Origin: Planctomycetota bacterium
GTDB lineage: Bacteria; Planctomycetota; JAJSAM01; JAJVHW01
Assembly (NCBI GenBank): GCA_965248445.1
Contig: CBDFJG010000004.1
Location: 1,600,001 to 1,664,000 of the forward strand
Direction: 5' to 3'
Length of the DNA stretch: 64,000 nt
The translations under genes and the position numbers were made by a program. The notes beneath the pieces are model-generated. The model was not told the DNA's origin and made no database searches. It was given only the letters and a program-made list of their open reading frames with translations. Positions 28,037 to 38,148 of this stretch are shown in pieces. Position 1 is the stretch's first letter. Every line of letters starts with the position of its first letter.

Positions 28037-30328
28037 CTACTCGCAGATGAGCTTTGTGCCCTTGCCGTTCAGTGTGCAGGTCGCGACAGTGCCCGCGCGG
28101 ACCGCCCGGCCCGAGTGTGCGCGCAGCGTGAGTGGCGCCTCCACGAGCTCCGCCAGCTCCGGCACCCTGAGCCTCACCTTGAACTCGTAGACCCCCGGCT
28201 CCCTCTTCGACGGCTTGAACGTCGTCTTGACGGTGCGGCGCAGGCGTCCGCGGATCGTCCCGTTCTTCTTCACCTTGCAATCATCCGAACCGATCCGCAC
28301 GACCTCCAGCGGCGTAGCGCCGTGGGCGATCGTGAGCGTGAGACCGCCCGAGACGTCGAGCACGTCGTCGGGTCCGTTCACGCCGGTGGTGACGGTGCCC
28401 TTGATCCGGATGACGCCCTTGCCGCTGTTGCGCCGCCGCACGCGCCCACGGTCGATCGCGATCGAGGGAGCGGGGGAGAAGTACGCGGTGGCCTGCGCGA
28501 CGGCGTCAGGACCGATCTCTGATCCCATCAGCCGCCCGGGGATGTCGTCGGCGCGTGGGTGGATGCCGCCGTAGATGCGCGAAAGGCTGCACTCGTCCGC
28601 TGCGTCGAAGTATGTCGCCCACTGGAGTGTGATGTCCGTGCTCGGCCCGTCCTCGAACACGAGGAACTCGTTCTGCGGCGCGAAGAACTCCCCGAGTCCG
28701 CCGGGGAAGTACTCGTCGCCGGTGAACTGCGTCATCACGGCTGCGGCGGCGCGGCTGTACGTGCTGTGACCGGACACGTAGCCGGCGAATGGCGGCGTCA
28801 CGAAGCTCGGCCGCTGGTAGGGCCACCAGTTCTCCGCCAGGATCCAGCCGACTCCGGCTGTCGTCGCGTCCGGGTCGCCGATGAAGTCCGGCCCGCGCCA
28901 GGCGAGCACGGCGATCTTCCCGACGTTCTCGTTGCCGGCGAGGTGCTCGTGGCGCTGTCCCGGGGCCGCCGAAGCCGTCGTGACCACCTCGATCACGTCG
29001 GCGAGCAGCGGGATACCGGCCGGGTGATAGCCGGGCTGGCCGGGGTCAGAACTCTGCCCGAGGTCCGCCATCGCGCGAATCGCGGAGACCGGACGGATGT
29101 AGTCGTACCAGCCCTTCACGCCCCACGCGGCGACCGCGCAGTCGTGCATCGCACCACCCATCGTCAGATAGAGCTTCACATCCCACTCGAGGCGGTTGAC
29201 TTCGGGGCCGGCGCCGGCGATGCGGTGTTCGACGTCCGGATGGTCCGAGACGTAGTTCGCGATCGTGAACCAGTGCCCCGGCGGGGTCTCCGAATCGGGC
29301 CCGTCGGCCCAGAATTCGGCCAGCACGCGGTAGTAGTCACCGGCGGGAACCAATTGCGGCGCGTACGGCTGCCCGGTCGCCGGGTTCGTCGCGCGGCCGG
29401 AGCCGTCGTTCGTGCCGAGGGTGTTGTTGCCGCGCGTCGCGGGACTGATGTCGGTCATCTCCCCGTCCGCGGGGTCGAGCAGACTGCTCCACTCGACGAC
29501 TTGAACGAAGCCGGCGCGATACTCTTCGTCGCCCACGCCGCGGTGCTGCAGCGGCGCGCCAGGATCGTGGAACACGACGTACTCCGACCCTCCGCGCGTG
29601 TACACGGCGCGGTCCTCGGCGAGGAGTGCGAACGGTGTAACCGCGCCCCACTCGGGACTCAGGAAGTCGGGCGTCCCCTGGGGCAGGACGTTGCCGCTCT
29701 GATCGATGAAGAACTCGAGAGCCAGCGGCTGCCATCGGTTGAAGTCATCGAGTTCGGGATTGCCCGGGAACACGGGCAGGAGCGGATCGTTGACCGGACG
29801 GTAGAAGACGTTCACGTAGCCGTTCGCTTCGTTTGCGCCGTCGCCCCCCCCGAACGCGAGCACGGCCGCGGCGATGCGGTTCCCGAGCGCCGCGGGTGTG
29901 GCGCTCGCGACCTCTACAACGCTCGGGTCGAGACCGAGGTCGTCCATCTTGGCGTCGAGAGCGGGGATCGTCTCGTCGGCGCCGGGAGATCCGGCGAAGC
30001 GGGACGACAGGACGCGGTAGGCGGCGTAGCTGATCGCGATTTCGCGCGCCTCCTCGACGTCCACGGCGCCGGCTCGCTCGTGGTGGAGGTACGTCGCGGC
30101 GGTGTCGTCGTACGCCGCCCACGCGTCCCACATCGCGACTGACGTGTGGAACAGGTTCCGTGCATGCACCGTCGGCCGCGCAAAGTCGTTGCGGATCGCG
30201 TCCAGCAGGAGCTCGTTCCACTGTCGGGCGACCGAGTGGCCGTCCGCTTCCTGGGCCGTCGCGAACTCAGGGGCCGCCGACAGCGACAGCACGGCGATGC
30301 AGATCGCGAGAACACGTCGCAGTCCCAT
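28037..30328 (-). CDS. Secreted vanadium-dependent haloperoxidase / PAP2-superfamily enzyme
   Basis: KGWYDYIRP, PPFAGYVSGHST, SRIYGGIH; signal peptide. Confidence 0.88.
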   Translation of the reverse strand: MGLRRVLAICIAVLSLSAAPEFATAQEADGHSVARQWNELLLDAIRNDFARPTVHARNLFHTSVAMWDAWAAYDDTAATYLHHERAGAVDVEEAREIAISYAAYRVLSSRFAGSPGADETIPALDAKMDDLGLDPSVVEVASATPAALGNRIAAAVLAFGGGDGANEANGYVNVFYRPVNDPLLPVFPGNPELDDFNRWQPLALEFFIDQSGNVLPQGTPDFLSPEWGAVTPFALLAEDRAVYTRGGSEYVVFHDPGAPLQHRGVGDEEYRAGFVQVVEWSSLLDPADGEMTDISPATRGNNTLGTNDGSGRATNPATGQPYAPQLVPAGDYYRVLAEFWADGPDSETPPGHWFTIANYVSDHPDVEHRIAGAGPEVNRLEWDVKLYLTMGGAMHDCAVAAWGVKGWYDYIRPVSAIRAMADLGQSSDPGQPGYHPAGIPLLADVIEVVTTASAAPGQRHEHLAGNENVGKIAVLAWRGPDFIGDPDATTAGVGWILAENWWPYQRPSFVTPPFAGYVSGHSTYSRAAAAVMTQFTGDEYFPGGLGEFFAPQNEFLVFEDGPSTDITLQWATYFDAADECSLSRIYGGIHPRADDIPGRLMGSEIGPDAVAQATAYFSPAPSIAIDRGRVRRRNSGKGVIRIKGTVTTGVNGPDDVLDVSGGLTLTIAHGATPLEVVRIGSDDCKVKKNGTIRGRLRRTVKTTFKPSKREPGVYEFKVRLRVPELAELVEAPLTLRAHSGRAVRAGTVATCTLNGKGTKLICE

Positions 30329-30417
30329 CAGAAAACACTCCCGTTCGATGACCGCCCCGGCAACCCACCACCCATTCTGAGTCTACCGCTCCCGTGCGGG
30401 CCCGGGGTGGGACGGAC

Positions 30418-30948
30418 TCACTCCGCGAAGTGCTTCTTTGCGAGGCGCCGGACCGTGTTGGTGGTCCTTGCGGTTGCGGTTCCGGCGAGCCGCACGATCT
30501 TCTGCAGGTTGATCGTCGAATCGAGGATCGACCCACGTGGTAGCCAGTGAATCTCGCGTCCGATCAGTTCGAGCCGGTCGGCTTTGGTGGCCAACTGCAG
30601 GATTGCGTCCCTCTTCGTGGGGGACGGCGTCGTCGCCAGCAGCCAGACGTGCTCCTTGCCCCAGGTACTCACCAGCCGCGCGGGGAACACGTCCCGAGCG
30701 GCGATCTCCAACACGTCGGGTCCGGTGCGCAGGACCGTCGGCACGTCGTACCCGAGCGCCTTCTTCAGTCCCTTCTCGATGCGCGCGGCGACGTTCTTCT
30801 TGCGCCCCGCGTCGAACACCACGTTTCCGCTCGCGAGGAACGCAGACACGTCCGAGAACCCGAGCGCCTCGATGTGTCCGCACAGCTCGGCGTTCGTGAT
30901 CCGGTGCCCGCCGACGTTCATCCCGCGCAGGAAGGCCACGTATCGCAT
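30418..30948 (-). CDS. DUF1697-family protein
   Basis: YVAFLRGMNVGGHR, LASGNVVF, TARTTNTV. Confidence 0.9.
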   Translation of the reverse strand: MRYVAFLRGMNVGGHRITNAELCGHIEALGFSDVSAFLASGNVVFDAGRKKNVAARIEKGLKKALGYDVPTVLRTGPDVLEIAARDVFPARLVSTWGKEHVWLLATTPSPTKRDAILQLATKADRLELIGREIHWLPRGSILDSTINLQKIVRLAGTATARTTNTVRRLAKKHFAE

Positions 30949-31002
30949 GTGGCGGGAGTTCTAGCAGGCAACGCCCTCGCATGGGTATATCGGATATGAT
31001 AT

Positions 31003-31869
31003 ATGTCGGAGATGAGCACCTCCGGAGACCTGATCCTCGAGGCCCGACACCGCGCCGGACTCTCCCAGTCCGAACTCGCGCAACGCCTGGGCACGAGCCA
31101 GCCGGCGGTCGCTCGTTGGGAGGGCGGAGGCACCCGGCCGCCGATGGAGCGCGTCCTGGAGGCGCTGCACGCCTGCGATCTCGACCTGAGGTTCCGGGTC
31201 GTCAAGCACGAGGACCACGACGTCGTGCTCGGCCTGAACAACCTGCGCCTGACTCCGGCCGGCCGGATGCGCGAGCACTCAGCGATGTCGGGGTTCGTCG
31301 GGAAGGCGCATCGCGCCGCTGCGGCCCGACACCGCCCTCGTGCCGACCGCGTGAGTGAGGGTCGCGGCGAACCCGTTCCGGAGTTTCGCCCGGAGGAAAT
31401 CCTACGCGTCTTGGCGGCGCGCTCGGTGGACTACGTGCTGATCGGCGGACTGGCGGGAGTTCTCCACGGCTCACCGCACAGCACACGCGACGTGGACATC
31501 TGCCCCTCGCGCCAGCCCGCCAATCTCGATCGCCTCGCTGCCACCTTGCGCGATCTGGATGCGAAGCTGAACGTCGGTGGCGCCGATCCGATCTCGTTTC
31601 CCTACGACCCCGCTTTCCTCGCGCGCGTCTCCGTGCTGAACACGATCACGCGTGCCGGAGGCCTCGATCTCAGCTTCGAGCCATCGGGGACGCGCGGACA
31701 TGGAGACCTGCGGCGCGCCGTCGAGTTCGTGGAGGTCGATGGCGTGCCTGCTCCGGTCCCGGTCGCCTCTCTCGCCGATGTCATCCGCTCGAAGGAAGCG
31801 GCCGGCCGCGACAAGGACCGCGTCGTCCTGCACGTGCTGCGCGAACTCCTCCGCCGGCAGCGCGACTGA
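31003..31869 (+). CDS. XRE-type HTH fused to nucleotidyltransferase-like domain
   Basis: AGLSQSELAQRLGTSQPAVARWE; VLIGGLAGVLHGS...TRDVDI; SKEAAGRDKD. Confidence 0.85.
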   Translation: MSEMSTSGDLILEARHRAGLSQSELAQRLGTSQPAVARWEGGGTRPPMERVLEALHACDLDLRFRVVKHEDHDVVLGLNNLRLTPAGRMREHSAMSGFVGKAHRAAAARHRPRADRVSEGRGEPVPEFRPEEILRVLAARSVDYVLIGGLAGVLHGSPHSTRDVDICPSRQPANLDRLAATLRDLDAKLNVGGADPISFPYDPAFLARVSVLNTITRAGGLDLSFEPSGTRGHGDLRRAVEFVEVDGVPAPVPVASLADVIRSKEAAGRDKDRVVLHVLRELLRRQRD

Positions 31870-31889
31870 GGACGCGCCGTGAATGCGGG

Positions 31890-32408
31890 TCAGCTTCCAC
31901 TCTCGGACAGGAGGCGAATGACCCAGTACGCAAGGAATGCGAGGATCGCGAGGCCGGTCAGCTTGCGCAGCATGCGCGTCACCCTCCGGTACTTGTCGAA
32001 GTACCAGTACGAACCGACCCAGGAGCCGAGCGTGACCGACCACTTCACCCAGGTCTCCGCCTGGAAGTCGCGGAAGAACGCGAGGTAGCCGATGTAGCAG
32101 GCGATCGCGAACCCCAGCAGCCCCGCGAACGACTTGTCGGCCTCCTCCGGCGTCGTCTCGGTGTGGAGCTTCCCGTCCGCGCCGACGGTGATCTTCCCGT
32201 GCGTGCCCTGCGCGCTCTTCTGCTGCGCGGCGCGTCTCGGCCGCGAGGGCGGCGGATCCGGCGCGTACACTGATCCCGAGCCGCCGCACATCGGGCAGCT
32301 CTTGCGCACCTGACGGGTCTGGAACATGCCGCCGGCCGGATTGTGAATCCGTTCCGTGGTGTAGTAGCCGCCCGTGCCGTGGCAACTTCCGCAGGTCTTC
32401 TGACCCAC
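31890..32408 (-). CDS. DnaJ-type zinc-finger membrane protein
   Basis: CGSCHGTG and CPMCGGSG, then TM segments; GTG 32408 after GGGGAGG (alternative ATG 32450). Confidence 0.75.
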   Translation of the reverse strand: MGQKTCGSCHGTGGYYTTERIHNPAGGMFQTRQVRKSCPMCGGSGSVYAPDPPPSRPRRAAQQKSAQGTHGKITVGADGKLHTETTPEEADKSFAGLLGFAIACYIGYLAFFRDFQAETWVKWSVTLGSWVGSYWYFDKYRRVTRMLRKLTGLAILAFLAYWVIRLLSESGS

Positions 32409-32449
32409 CCTGGACCTCCCCGAAGGAGGATAGACGACGCGCGGCGGCA

Positions 32450-33373
32450 TCAGCCTCTCGTCACGGGCAGCTGCCCGGCCAGTTCGAAGTGCTCGTACCC
32501 GTGCGCGAACGGTCGGCCGAACCACGCTTCGAAGCACGGCTGCTCGTCCGGCACGTAGCCGCTCTGCGGCAGCCACGTCCTGAACAACCAGTCGATCGCG
32601 CGTTGTTCGAGGTCGATCGTGCCACGCACCTCCACCTCCGCCACACGCATGGCGGGGAACACGAGGCTGCCGACTTCGCCGTGTGGGACGACGTCGTCCA
32701 CCACGACGGCCACGTCGTACCGGCAGTCCTCGAGCGCGACGATCTCGGGGTCTTCCCACATGTACCCCAACCACTGTCCGTCGGCGGCGCCGCGCGCTTC
32801 GGCCCATGCGAGCAGGCGCTCGTACGCTTCGAGGACCCCGTGGCTCCCGAACGGGTTGAGCACGCGGACGTACGCGACTCTCCGTTCGGGTAGATCGCGT
32901 AGCGTCACTTTGAATCCGTCGGGGTTCTCGCCCGGCTCGAGTCGCGAGGAGAGGTGGTGGCGCTCGGACTCGTTGACGCGACCCTCGAGGTCACCGCGCT
33001 TGTTGTCACGCCACGTCTGCAGATCGAACACGCTCGGCGGCACCCCGTAGCGCTGCTTGAAGCAGCGCGTGAAGTCCGACGACGACGAGAACCCGCACGC
33101 GAGTGCGATCTCGGTGAGCGAACGCTTCGGCGCGTGGGACATGAGGAACAGTGCACGTTCGAGGCGCAGCCGCTTGACGAACTGGTTGAGCGTCTCGCCA
33201 ACCAGCGTGCGGAACACGCGGTGGAAGTGGAACGGCGAGAAGTACGCCACTTCCGCCACGTCCTCGAGCCGCAGGGGTTCGTCGAGGTGGTTCACGATGT
33301 GGTCGATCGCGCGGTTCACACGCGCGGCGTAGCCGACGTTGGCGGGTTCGGCGGTTCGGTCGTCGATTAGCAA
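32450..33373 (-). CDS. AraC-family regulator with GyrI-like effector domain
   Basis: FSPFHFHRVF, LTEIALACGFSSSSDFTRCFK, CRYDVAV, WLPQSGY. Confidence 0.93.
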   Translation of the reverse strand: MLIDDRTAEPANVGYAARVNRAIDHIVNHLDEPLRLEDVAEVAYFSPFHFHRVFRTLVGETLNQFVKRLRLERALFLMSHAPKRSLTEIALACGFSSSSDFTRCFKQRYGVPPSVFDLQTWRDNKRGDLEGRVNESERHHLSSRLEPGENPDGFKVTLRDLPERRVAYVRVLNPFGSHGVLEAYERLLAWAEARGAADGQWLGYMWEDPEIVALEDCRYDVAVVVDDVVPHGEVGSLVFPAMRVAEVEVRGTIDLEQRAIDWLFRTWLPQSGYVPDEQPCFEAWFGRPFAHGYEHFELAGQLPVTRG

Positions 33374-33455
33374 GATCTGGAAAGCAGTCTAGTGACCGTT
33401 CTGGGACGCTGCCACTCGCGCGGACAGGACCGCGCGCCCCGGAGCACAACTCAAC

Positions 33456-33986
33456 ATGAAGCCACTACTCGCACTGTGCATCTTCGCTCTCGTAGCCTGC
33501 TCGGAGGCCGACGAGCCGGCCCCGGCCACGGCCGCTGTAACGACACAGCCCCCTGCGACGACATCGCCCCTGGTCACCCCTCCCGAAAGGACGAACACCA
33601 TGGAACTCGGCGCATTCTCCATCAGCCTCGCGGTCAAGGACCTCCCGACGTCGCGTGGGTTCTACGAGAAGCTCGGCTTCGAGTCGGTCATGGGCGAGCC
33701 GACCCAGAACTGGCTCATCCTGCGGAACGGCACGACCACGATCGGGCTCTTCCAGGGGATGTTCCCGAACAACATCATGACCTTCAACCCCGGCTGGTCG
33801 CCTGCCGCCGAACCCCTGCCGGAGTTCCAGGACGTGCGCGACATCCAGACCTCCCTCAAGGAGCAGGGTGTGGAGTTCGTCCAGGAGGCCGATCCCGAAA
33901 GCACCGGCGTCGCGAGCTTCGTGATCACCGATCCGGACGGCAACTCGATCCTGGTGGACCAGCACGTCCCGCGACCCGGCAACTGA
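33456..33986 (+). CDS. VOC/glyoxalase-family protein with possible lipoprotein leader
   Basis: LGAFSISLAVKDL, FYEKLGF, IGLFQGMF, DPDGNSILVDQHV; LVAC lipobox; alternative start ATG 33600. Confidence 0.88.
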   Translation: MKPLLALCIFALVACSEADEPAPATAAVTTQPPATTSPLVTPPERTNTMELGAFSISLAVKDLPTSRGFYEKLGFESVMGEPTQNWLILRNGTTTIGLFQGMFPNNIMTFNPGWSPAAEPLPEFQDVRDIQTSLKEQGVEFVQEADPESTGVASFVITDPDGNSILVDQHVPRPGN

Positions 33987-34180
33987 CCGCCACCTCCCGC
34001 CGCCGCGGGAATGCTCGCAACTTCCGCGGTCGCTTCCGTCATGGAGGGGTGCACCCCTTCGACGGCGAATTCGCAGTCAGCGACGTGACCCCCTGGTTCA
34101 TTGCGGCGAACTGACAGCCAAGATCGGGGGTTGAACCGACTGACGGCGCCCGACGGGTGTCCAACGGGAGGACGAGAACG

Positions 34181-35422
34181 ATGCGAGCAGCAACAGCAGC
34201 CGTCGTGGCCGCGATCGTGTTCGCCGCACTGGCGGCGATGTACGCATACCAGACGCATACCGCGGCCGCCGATGCGGTCCGAACGAGCGACGCCGCGCGG
34301 ACTCGGGAGGCCGCAGGTCTGACCGACCGCACGAGCGACCTCGAACGGGAGCTCGCGAGCCGGAATCGACGCGTCCAGCGGGCCGAGGGCGACGCCGCGG
34401 CACTGCGGAGGCAGCTTGCGGCGGCGAAGGCCGACCTCGCGACGGCGACGGAGCAGCTCGCGGCGCTCACGGCAGATGCGGAGCCTCCCGTGGTCGCGAA
34501 CCGTCGCTACCCCGCCTTTCTCCCGGAGGGTCTCGAAGAGGCCCTGGCGGACATCGACTGGGACGTCGTCGGGACGAGCATGTCGAGCATGCCGCCCCTG
34601 ATCTCCGAGCTCGCCGCCGCCCTTGCGGACGGGCGCGCGAAGTCGGACTTGCCGGCCGAGACGATCGGTGCGATCCAGCGCCACAACGGACCCATTCTCG
34701 CGGCGGCGATGAAGCTCGCGCAGCGCGACATCGCGGGGAAAGAAGTGAACAGCGCATTCACCCATCCCGGCTTTGTGTCGAATGCGCTGGCCGCAGCCCT
34801 GGATGCGCTGGAGCTGCCGCTCACGGATGAGCAGCAGGCGGCGCTCGAACGCATCACACACGACTACTCGGCGCGCGAGACGCGGCGGGTCGCGGCGTAC
34901 GACGACGCGACATACGTCCTCGAGGAGTTCGTCGATGAGTCGCTCCTCAAGCACGCGTACTACGCCGAGGTCTACCGCGTGCTCACGAAGGAGCAGCACG
35001 ACGCGATACGTCCGGAGTCCGTGCGCGGCCGCACGAAACTCGACATCTTCGGCCGCGGCCTCGTCTGGACCGGGCGTGCGGGACCGGTCCTCAGTTCCGA
35101 TCGGGAGGAACTCGCCGCGAAGGTCACCGAGTGGGTGACCCGCCGCGGCGGCATTGCGGACGACCAGCGGGAGCACGCGCAGGAGATCGTCGGCGCGTGG
35201 GCGGAAGACCTCCCGGAGGCGTTCGTCGCCTGGGAGCCGGATGCTCTCGTGAAGGCCGGGATGCTGCAGGCCGAACACGTGGAGGACAGCGGCGCGCGCG
35301 TCCTCGCGCTCCTGCGCACGCTCGACACCGAGCTCGAACTCGACGACGCCGGCCACAAGCGCCTGCGCGCGGTGCCGGGCACGGTCGTCGTCTACATGCG
35401 ACCGGCCCCGGACGACAGCTAG
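34181..35422 (+). CDS. Exported coiled-coil hypothetical protein
   Basis: GGGAGG RBS, N-terminal hydrophobic segment, coiled coil, LTDEQ/LTKEQ motifs. Confidence 0.78.
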   Translation: MRAATAAVVAAIVFAALAAMYAYQTHTAAADAVRTSDAARTREAAGLTDRTSDLERELASRNRRVQRAEGDAAALRRQLAAAKADLATATEQLAALTADAEPPVVANRRYPAFLPEGLEEALADIDWDVVGTSMSSMPPLISELAAALADGRAKSDLPAETIGAIQRHNGPILAAAMKLAQRDIAGKEVNSAFTHPGFVSNALAAALDALELPLTDEQQAALERITHDYSARETRRVAAYDDATYVLEEFVDESLLKHAYYAEVYRVLTKEQHDAIRPESVRGRTKLDIFGRGLVWTGRAGPVLSSDREELAAKVTEWVTRRGGIADDQREHAQEIVGAWAEDLPEAFVAWEPDALVKAGMLQAEHVEDSGARVLALLRTLDTELELDDAGHKRLRAVPGTVVVYMRPAPDDS

Positions 35423-35446
35423 GTAGTCGCCGCAGCAACGGAACGA

Positions 35447-35520
35447 GCGCAGCGAGCGACGACGCCGAGACGCGCAGCGTCGAAGGCTCAGCAGAGCGAG
35501 GGCGAGGTCGCGTAGCGACC
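35447..35520 (+). repeat. Cluster of GC-GNA-GC mini-hairpins (REP-like)
   Basis: GACGC-GCA-GCGTC 35469-35481; GGTCGC-GTA-GCGACC 35506-35520; GCGCAGC 35447-35453. Confidence 0.6.
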
Positions 35521-35556
35521 GAAGCAACCTGGGACCAGCCCCGCGACTCGTCTGTG

Positions 35557-35633
35557 TGGTAGGCCGGCCAGGACTCGAACCTGGGACCAAGGGATTATGA
35601 GTCCCCTGCTCTGACCAACTGAGCTACCGGCCC
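35557..35633 (-). tRNA. tRNA with CAT anticodon, most likely tRNA-Ile2 (lysidine)
   Basis: GGGCCGGTAGCTCAGTTGGTCAGAGCAGGGGACT-CAT-AATCCCTTGGTCCCAGGTTCGAGTCCTGGCCGGCCTA-CCA; 77-nt cloverleaf, encoded CCA, Ile2-like anticodon arm and variable loop. Confidence 0.93.
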
Positions 35634-35816
35634 ACCGTGTTGCACGCCAAGCACTTACGGCGTTCGTCAGGTGCACCTGCGGACGCGCGGCTACTTCCCG
35701 GGCTACTTGTCGCCCTCGATCTCGGCACGCAGCGGCGCAGAGGCTATCCGTGCCGCGGGGCGAGTCCGAGTCCGTTCGCTACTCAGGTCCGACGTTGAGC
35801 GACTTATCGCAGCCGA

Positions 35817-36326
35817 TCAGCGGACCATCTCGCCAAGGCTGGCGAACCGAAGCATGTGTGCTTGTCCTGCATGGAGGGCGTACTCGTCGATCATCTTCAC
35901 CAATGCCGCCCCCAGCGGCCATCCGTGACCGGGCCCCTTCGTATCAATGGAGGCGATCTCCTTGATGACAGCGTCCGATTTCTCGACCTCGGCGAGATAC
36001 CCACGCAGGTCCTCGTCGATCGTCTCGACTGATCCACCGGCATAGTCCTCCTCCCCGCAGACCATCACCAGCTCACCACCGCCCATGCCCCGACTGAGAT
36101 AGAAGTGCTCCATCTGCGTCATGTGACGGACCAACCCCAGCACAGAGAGCTCCACCGGGGGCACTGAAAACGCGACGAGTCCTTCGGGCGTCAGGTCACG
36201 CAGCTTGCGGAGGAACTCGTGCCGCTGAAAGCGGAGCCATCCTTCCAGGTACTGACGAAGATCGCTGCTCGGCTCCGGCTGCTCCCATGCGGAGAGATCA
36301 AGGCCGCTCAAGATCTCGATCGACAT
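35817..36326 (-). CDS. DinB/DUF664-family protein
   Basis: LSVLGLVRHMTQME, MIDEYALHAGQAHMLR. Confidence 0.82.
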   Translation of the reverse strand: MSIEILSGLDLSAWEQPEPSSDLRQYLEGWLRFQRHEFLRKLRDLTPEGLVAFSVPPVELSVLGLVRHMTQMEHFYLSRGMGGGELVMVCGEEDYAGGSVETIDEDLRGYLAEVEKSDAVIKEIASIDTKGPGHGWPLGAALVKMIDEYALHAGQAHMLRFASLGEMVR

Positions 36327-36402
36327 GCGCGGCACACTAGTCCTCAGCCGTCAGTGACACAATCGAGTTGACCCGCTTCGGTGGACAGTCGGGTGCTTGC
36401 GG

Positions 36403-36616
36403 TCATGAGGGCGGGCCTGTCGTGCTGCTTCTCGTCACGACAGCCAAGAGGTGAACGGCCGAAATCACGGCCGTGCCGGTCCAGTTCTTCCACCACATGT
36501 TCAGCAGCACACCAATCAGCAGAGCGCCCCTCACCAGAGGGGCGCGCGCGTGCGGTATGCTGCGGGGCGAGCCCGACCCCTCCTGGAACCGCGATGCGAT
36601 CCACCCTACTCCGCCT
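36403..36616 (-). pseudogene. 3' remnant of a membrane-protein gene cut by the IS66 end
   Basis: Open hydrophobic frame LVRGALLIGVLLNMWWKNWTGTAVISAVHLLAVV running up to the IS boundary. Confidence 0.35.
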
Positions 36617-38148
36617 GTACCCGTTCAGCCCTTGGTTCTGAGCTCGGATCCAGATCGCTTTCCGTTCGGTCGATGAATCGGATGTGGGCACCGATGAGCT
36701 GCGTGATCTGGTCGAGCGCCTGACCCGTCGTCTGGACGCTCGGGACGAGACGATTGCCGAGCAGGCGGAGGTGATCGAGCGGCAGGCGGCACGGATCGAC
36801 GATCTCGAGAGCCGTCTTCGCCGGGACTCCCGCACCTCCTCGCGCCCACCGTCCTCGGATCCGTCGTGGTCCAAGAAGCGGCGGCGGCGCAAGCCGCCGT
36901 CGGACAAGCGCCAGGGTGCGCAGCCCGGCCACAAAGGGGCGACGCGCAAGCTCGTGGACGAGTCCGAGGTCGATGGCGTAGAGGACCACCGCCCGCGCGA
37001 GTGCAGCGCGTGTGGGAGCGACGTGCTCGTCCCGATCGATCGCGCCCCGACACGCCAGCAGGTCTTCGAGGTCCCGCCACGGCTGATCCAGGTGACCGAG
37101 CACCGGTTGCACCGGGCACGGTGCACGGACTGTGGCGCCACGTCCACTGCCTCGCTGCCAAGCGGTGTGACGGCGAGTCCCTTCGGCCCGCGACTCTGTG
37201 CGCTCACCGCGGCTCTGGTCGGCGTCTTCCGCCTGTCGCGGCGCGAGACCAGTCGTCTGTTGCGTGACGTCATCGGCGTCTCGATGTCACCGGGCACGGT
37301 CAGTGCGATCGAGGAGCGGGTGTCGGGAGCCATCTCCTCAGCGCACATCGAGGCCCTCGGGGCCGTACGCACGAGCAGCGTCGCCTATGTAGACGAGACA
37401 CCGTGGTCGCGTCGTGGCACGCTGCATTGGCTGTGGAGCGCGGTCTGTGAGCACGCCACGGTCCATCGTATCGATCGGCGCAGGAGCGCCAAGGCCATGC
37501 GGCGACTCGTGGGCAAGCGCTTCAGGGGCGTCCTCGTGACCGACCGTATGGGCGCTTACGACCAGCATCCCACCGAGCGCCGCCAGATCTGCTGGGCGCA
37601 TCTCGAGAGGGACTTTCGAGCGCTGGCCGAGGGCTCGCGCGGCGGCCGGCGCTTCGGCAAGCAGGCCGTGCGTCTCGCCCAGGCTGTCATGCGAGCTCAG
37701 CGTCACTTCGGCGAGCACGGGGACCGCGACCGCATGCGGCGTGAGCTGCGTCTCACATGGGACCGACTCCTGACGCTGCTCGTGCGCGGCGCAGACAGCA
37801 AGCACCGCCGAGTACGCGGAACGACTCGGCATCTGCTCGACCGAGCGGAGGCTCTGTGGACCTTCGCCGACGTCCCTGGCGTCTCCCCGACGAACAACGC
37901 CGCTGAGCGCGCGGTGCGCAAGCCGGTCCTGTGGAGACGCGCAACGCACGGAAGTCAGAGCGAGCGCGGACTCCGCTTCGTCGAGCGCATCCTGACCGTC
38001 ACCGCCACGCTCCGCCAGCGTGGCGAGAGCGTCTTCGATTACCTCGCAGACGTCAGCGCGGCACTCGCGCACAACCGCTCGCCGCCGGCTCTCGTCGCGC
38101 TCCCGATCACGCGCTGAGGCCGCGGATCGTCATACCCTGAACGGGTAC
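36617..38148 (+). mobile_element. IS66-family element, single-ORF (ISBst12-like), 1532 bp
   Basis: 12-bp terminal IR GTACCCGTTCAG/CTGAACGGGTAC; no flanking direct repeat. Confidence 0.9.
36684..38117 (+). CDS. IS66-family transposase
   Basis: SSRPPSSD, GAQPGHKG, Zn finger, VDETPW, QICWAHL, PTNNAAERAVR. Confidence 0.95.
   Translation: MGTDELRDLVERLTRRLDARDETIAEQAEVIERQAARIDDLESRLRRDSRTSSRPPSSDPSWSKKRRRRKPPSDKRQGAQPGHKGATRKLVDESEVDGVEDHRPRECSACGSDVLVPIDRAPTRQQVFEVPPRLIQVTEHRLHRARCTDCGATSTASLPSGVTASPFGPRLCALTAALVGVFRLSRRETSRLLRDVIGVSMSPGTVSAIEERVSGAISSAHIEALGAVRTSSVAYVDETPWSRRGTLHWLWSAVCEHATVHRIDRRRSAKAMRRLVGKRFRGVLVTDRMGAYDQHPTERRQICWAHLERDFRALAEGSRGGRRFGKQAVRLAQAVMRAQRHFGEHGDRDRMRRELRLTWDRLLTLLVRGADSKHRRVRGTTRHLLDRAEALWTFADVPGVSPTNNAAERAVRKPVLWRRATHGSQSERGLRFVERILTVTATLRQRGESVFDYLADVSAALAHNRSPPALVALPITR

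Noticed and set aside
32379..32393. CGSCH as a heme c motif
   Set aside because: Part of CxxCxGxG paired with a second CxxCxGxG, so a zinc finger; no signal peptide.
35526..35537. 12-bp match to the tRNA (AACCTGGGACCA) as an att-site scar
   Set aside because: Too short, excludes the tRNA 3' end, and no integrase is nearby.
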